64,000 nucleotides of DNA from Hormiphora californensis (lineage: Eukaryota > Animalia > Ctenophora): assembly GCA_020137815.1 (NCBI GenBank), contig CM035361.1:1736001-1800000 (forward strand). Direction: 5' to 3'. A model generated the notes under the pieces. That model did not search any database. It was not told the DNA's origin and worked only from the letters and a program-made list of their open reading frames with translations. Positions 61,001 to 64,000 of the stretch are shown in pieces (the first letter of the stretch is position 1; each line of letters opens with the position of its first letter). The position numbers and the translations under genes were made by a program.

Positions 61001-64000
61001 CTGAGAGATGGAGTAAATGGGAGGTAGGGTAGCTGAGAGATGGAGTAAATGGGAGGTAGGGAAGCTGAGAGATGGAGTAAATGGGAGGTAGGGTAGCTGA
61101 GAGATGGAGTACTAAATGAGAGGTAGGGAAGCTGAGAAATGGAGTAAATGGGAGGTAGGGAAGCTGAGAGATGGATCAAATGGGAGGTAGGGTAGCTGAG
61201 GGATGGAGTAAATGGGAGGTAGGGAAGCTGAGAGATGGAGTAAATGGGAGGTAGGGTAGCTGAGAGATGGAGTAAATGGGAGGTAGGGAAGCTGAGAGAT
61301 GGAGTAAATGGGAGGTAGGGTAGCTGAGAGATGGAGTAAGTAAATGAGAGGTAGGGAAGCTGAGAAATGGAGTAAATGGGAGGTAGGGAAGCTGAGAGAT
61401 GGATCAAATGGGAGGTAGGGTAGCTGAGGGATGGAGTAAATGGGAGGTAGGGAAGCTGAGAGATGGAGTAAATGGAAGGTAGGTAAGCTGAGAGATGGAG
61501 TACTTAAATGGGAGGTAGGGTATCTGAGAGATGGAGTAAATGGCAGGTAGGGAAGCTGAGATATGGAGTAAATGGGAGGTAGGTAAGCTGAGAGATGGAG
61601 TAAATGGGAGGTAGGGAAGCTGAGAGATGGAGTAAATGGGAGGTAGGGTAGCTGAGAGATGGAGTAAATGGGAGGTAGGGTAGCTGAGAGATGGAGTAGA
61701 TGAGGAGTAGGGTAGCGGAGAGATGGACTAGATTAGGGGTAGGCTAGCTGAAAGATGGAGTTGATGAGGGCTAGGGAAGCATAGAGATGGAAACGATTAT
61801 GGATAGGGATTCGTTTCCATCTCTATGCTTCCCTAATAGGGAAGCTGAGAGATGGAGTAGATGAGGAGTAGGGTAGCTGAGAGATGGACTAGATAAGGGG
61901 TAGGGTAGCTGAAAGATGGAGTAGATGAGGGGTAGGGTAGCTGAGAGATCGAGTTGATGAGGGGTAGGATAGCTGAGAGATGGAGTAGATCAAGATCAAG
62001 AAATATTTGATTCGGCACCGACCCTCTCTCTACTCCTCGATGTTTCCCGCCATGTTCTGCAGCTGCTGTGTGAGAGTTGAACGCGAGCGCGTCAATAACA
62101 TGACACGACATGCAACACGACATGCAACACGACATGCGAGATGCGAATTTCATTATTTTGAAGTTTTGTGGGGTTGCGATTTTTGTTTTAGGTCGGAGAG
62201 TGAAACGGCCGGTACAGTGGTAAACTAGATTAAAAACTGTACGCCTCGTTAGACGGCGATTTTTCCTATCTTGTCTGGTTCCTGAGATATGGCCCCCTAA
62301 AGAGTTGGTGTCTCAAACTGCTGAATCGGGGTCACGCGAGGAAAATGGGCATCAGTTTGCGTGTACTGCTCCGTTTTTCACGGGACTTGAACGAGGGTGA
62401 CGGCAAGAGTCTCACCTATTACATGGTATCCTTACATTGTGTATTAAATCTAAAATGACTGAGCAGGATGCTTGTTAATGAACCTTGACGTGTTTGCTTG
62501 TCTCGCAAGCGCGCTCGCGACTAGCAAACACGACATGCAGTTCACACCCTGCCATGGTGATGAGTGAATCTAGTTAACATGGTTGTTATGGTTACCATAG
62601 TTACCGAGGCTACCGAATAAGGAACTGCTTTTAGAACTGTACAATATTCACACACACATACCTCTCACTAAAGAATCTCCAGGCAGCATAAGCATAAGCA
62701 CAGGTTGACACGGGATTACAGAGGAGCAGCTGGGTTGCGATGGACCAATAGAACCAACCCGCATAGGAGGGGTGTCGCGATATCGCATACACACCGTTCT
62801 GGACAAGCTGAGAAATTGGACATTGGTTAGTTGACTGAATCAATTGATATACTATTCGTAAAACTCCCCGAAAACAATGTAGGTCACTAATTGTGTGGCT
62901 CCCACTGCATTATATTTCAGAGCACACTATTCGGCAGATCAAGTCACCGAAACCTCCCCAACTTTATATATAAAATACAATGGTAATAAACCTCCCCAAC
63001 TTTAATTATAAAATACAATGGTACTAAACCTCCCTTACCTTGTGGTCCTCGTTCTTAGTGTCCTGGACGATGTGGTCAAAGTTTTCCGCTGCCGTTATCA
63101 TGGCCAGCTTCCTGACCGCATCTCCCGCTATCATTACCACCCCTCCTGTCCAGTATATCGGCTGAAAAATAAGGGGGCGGAGGGGAGAGTGAGATTGATC
63201 ATGTTGTATTAGAAGGGGGGTGTCAGATATAACTGTAGATTAAATGAACAAATAAACTATTGTATGTACAGACTAACTTATCTCCTAAACTCTCAATAAA
63301 GAGATCTGAGCAAGAATTCATCTCCTAAAGCAACACACAAAAAACAAAATCTAATACGTACCGCGTAAAACTTGTATCCAGGGCCAAGGTTGACGAAAGT
63401 GACCAGGTACTCAAATAGTCCAACTACCAGTGCTACATGGTAGGCAGTGGAGTGGTTGAGAAGGAAGGAATCGTAGGAGAGCTTGTGTTCTTTAAATAAC
63501 GCTGGAAAGAGTGTTTAGATGATTACAGATTGAGAAAGAGAGAAGTTGCCCTGCGCTGTGGGGTACTGAAAACCTCAGCGATGAATGGGTCTTTTATGAG
63601 AGCGGGAATTGGGAAAAGACAATACCTGTTAGAAGGTACTCTGAGATGTGGAAAAATGACAGTCCAACCAGATAACAACCAAGCTGCTTGTGATGGTCAG
63701 TATACCACGACACAATTAATCCTGGATAATAATGGTGTAACGATTAATTGCTTCATAAATATTGTTCTAATATTTGTCTTCCGTCACGGGGCAGCTGTAG
63801 CAGTGAGAGATGGTCGAGCAAGGCAAACTACAATGATCGATTTATCGAAACACAATTGTTGTGACTATGACCTAAAACCCACTCACCTGCTGACCCCACT
63901 GCACCAATAAAGTAACCTCTGTACACTATGCCATGTTCCCTCGGTAGGGCCAGGGAAAACAGAGGTGCTATACTAAACAAAATACCAAATGTGTACCAGA
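58038..64000 (-). CDS. ICMT: ICMT copy 2; 5' end lies beyond the window
   Basis: Same exons as copy 1; last exon 58038-58185; the differences I checked are synonymous. Confidence 0.85.
58218..62551. mobile_element. Duplicate of the 4.3-kb foldback element
   Basis: Same TIR and same CCATG TSD. Confidence 0.9.

Larger units (their letters stand above)
56830..64000. repeat. Tandem segmental duplication of ~46981-54226
   Basis: Collinear with an offset of ~9.77-9.85 kb; includes the truncated 5' exons of the unknown gene (56830-57336). Confidence 0.93.

Overview
Eukaryotic, intron-rich animal DNA, probably a cydippid ctenophore (Pleurobrachia/Hormiphora-like). That assignment is an inference from repeat families I recall and from the gene style. 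I reconstructed exons by hand for a run of minus-strand genes: an F-box-associated-like protein (partial), phenylalanine hydroxylase, a SEPT2-group septin, a GDPD1/3-like lysophospholipase D, an unknown ~700-aa protein and two tandem ICMT copies. Two plus-strand secreted-protein genes are nested in introns. Mobile DNA is dense: two Penelope-like retroelement families carrying three type I hammerhead ribozymes plus shared flanking RNA motifs, a 5'-truncated CR1-type LINE, a ~3-kb non-coding poly(A) retro-insertion, 4.3-kb foldback elements with a 5-bp TSD, many MITEs, and a family of 38-47-bp elements with fixed ends and variable cores. Segments ~32760-33240 and ~34800-36300 look like low-quality sequence. 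No CRISPR, rRNA or tRNA was seen.
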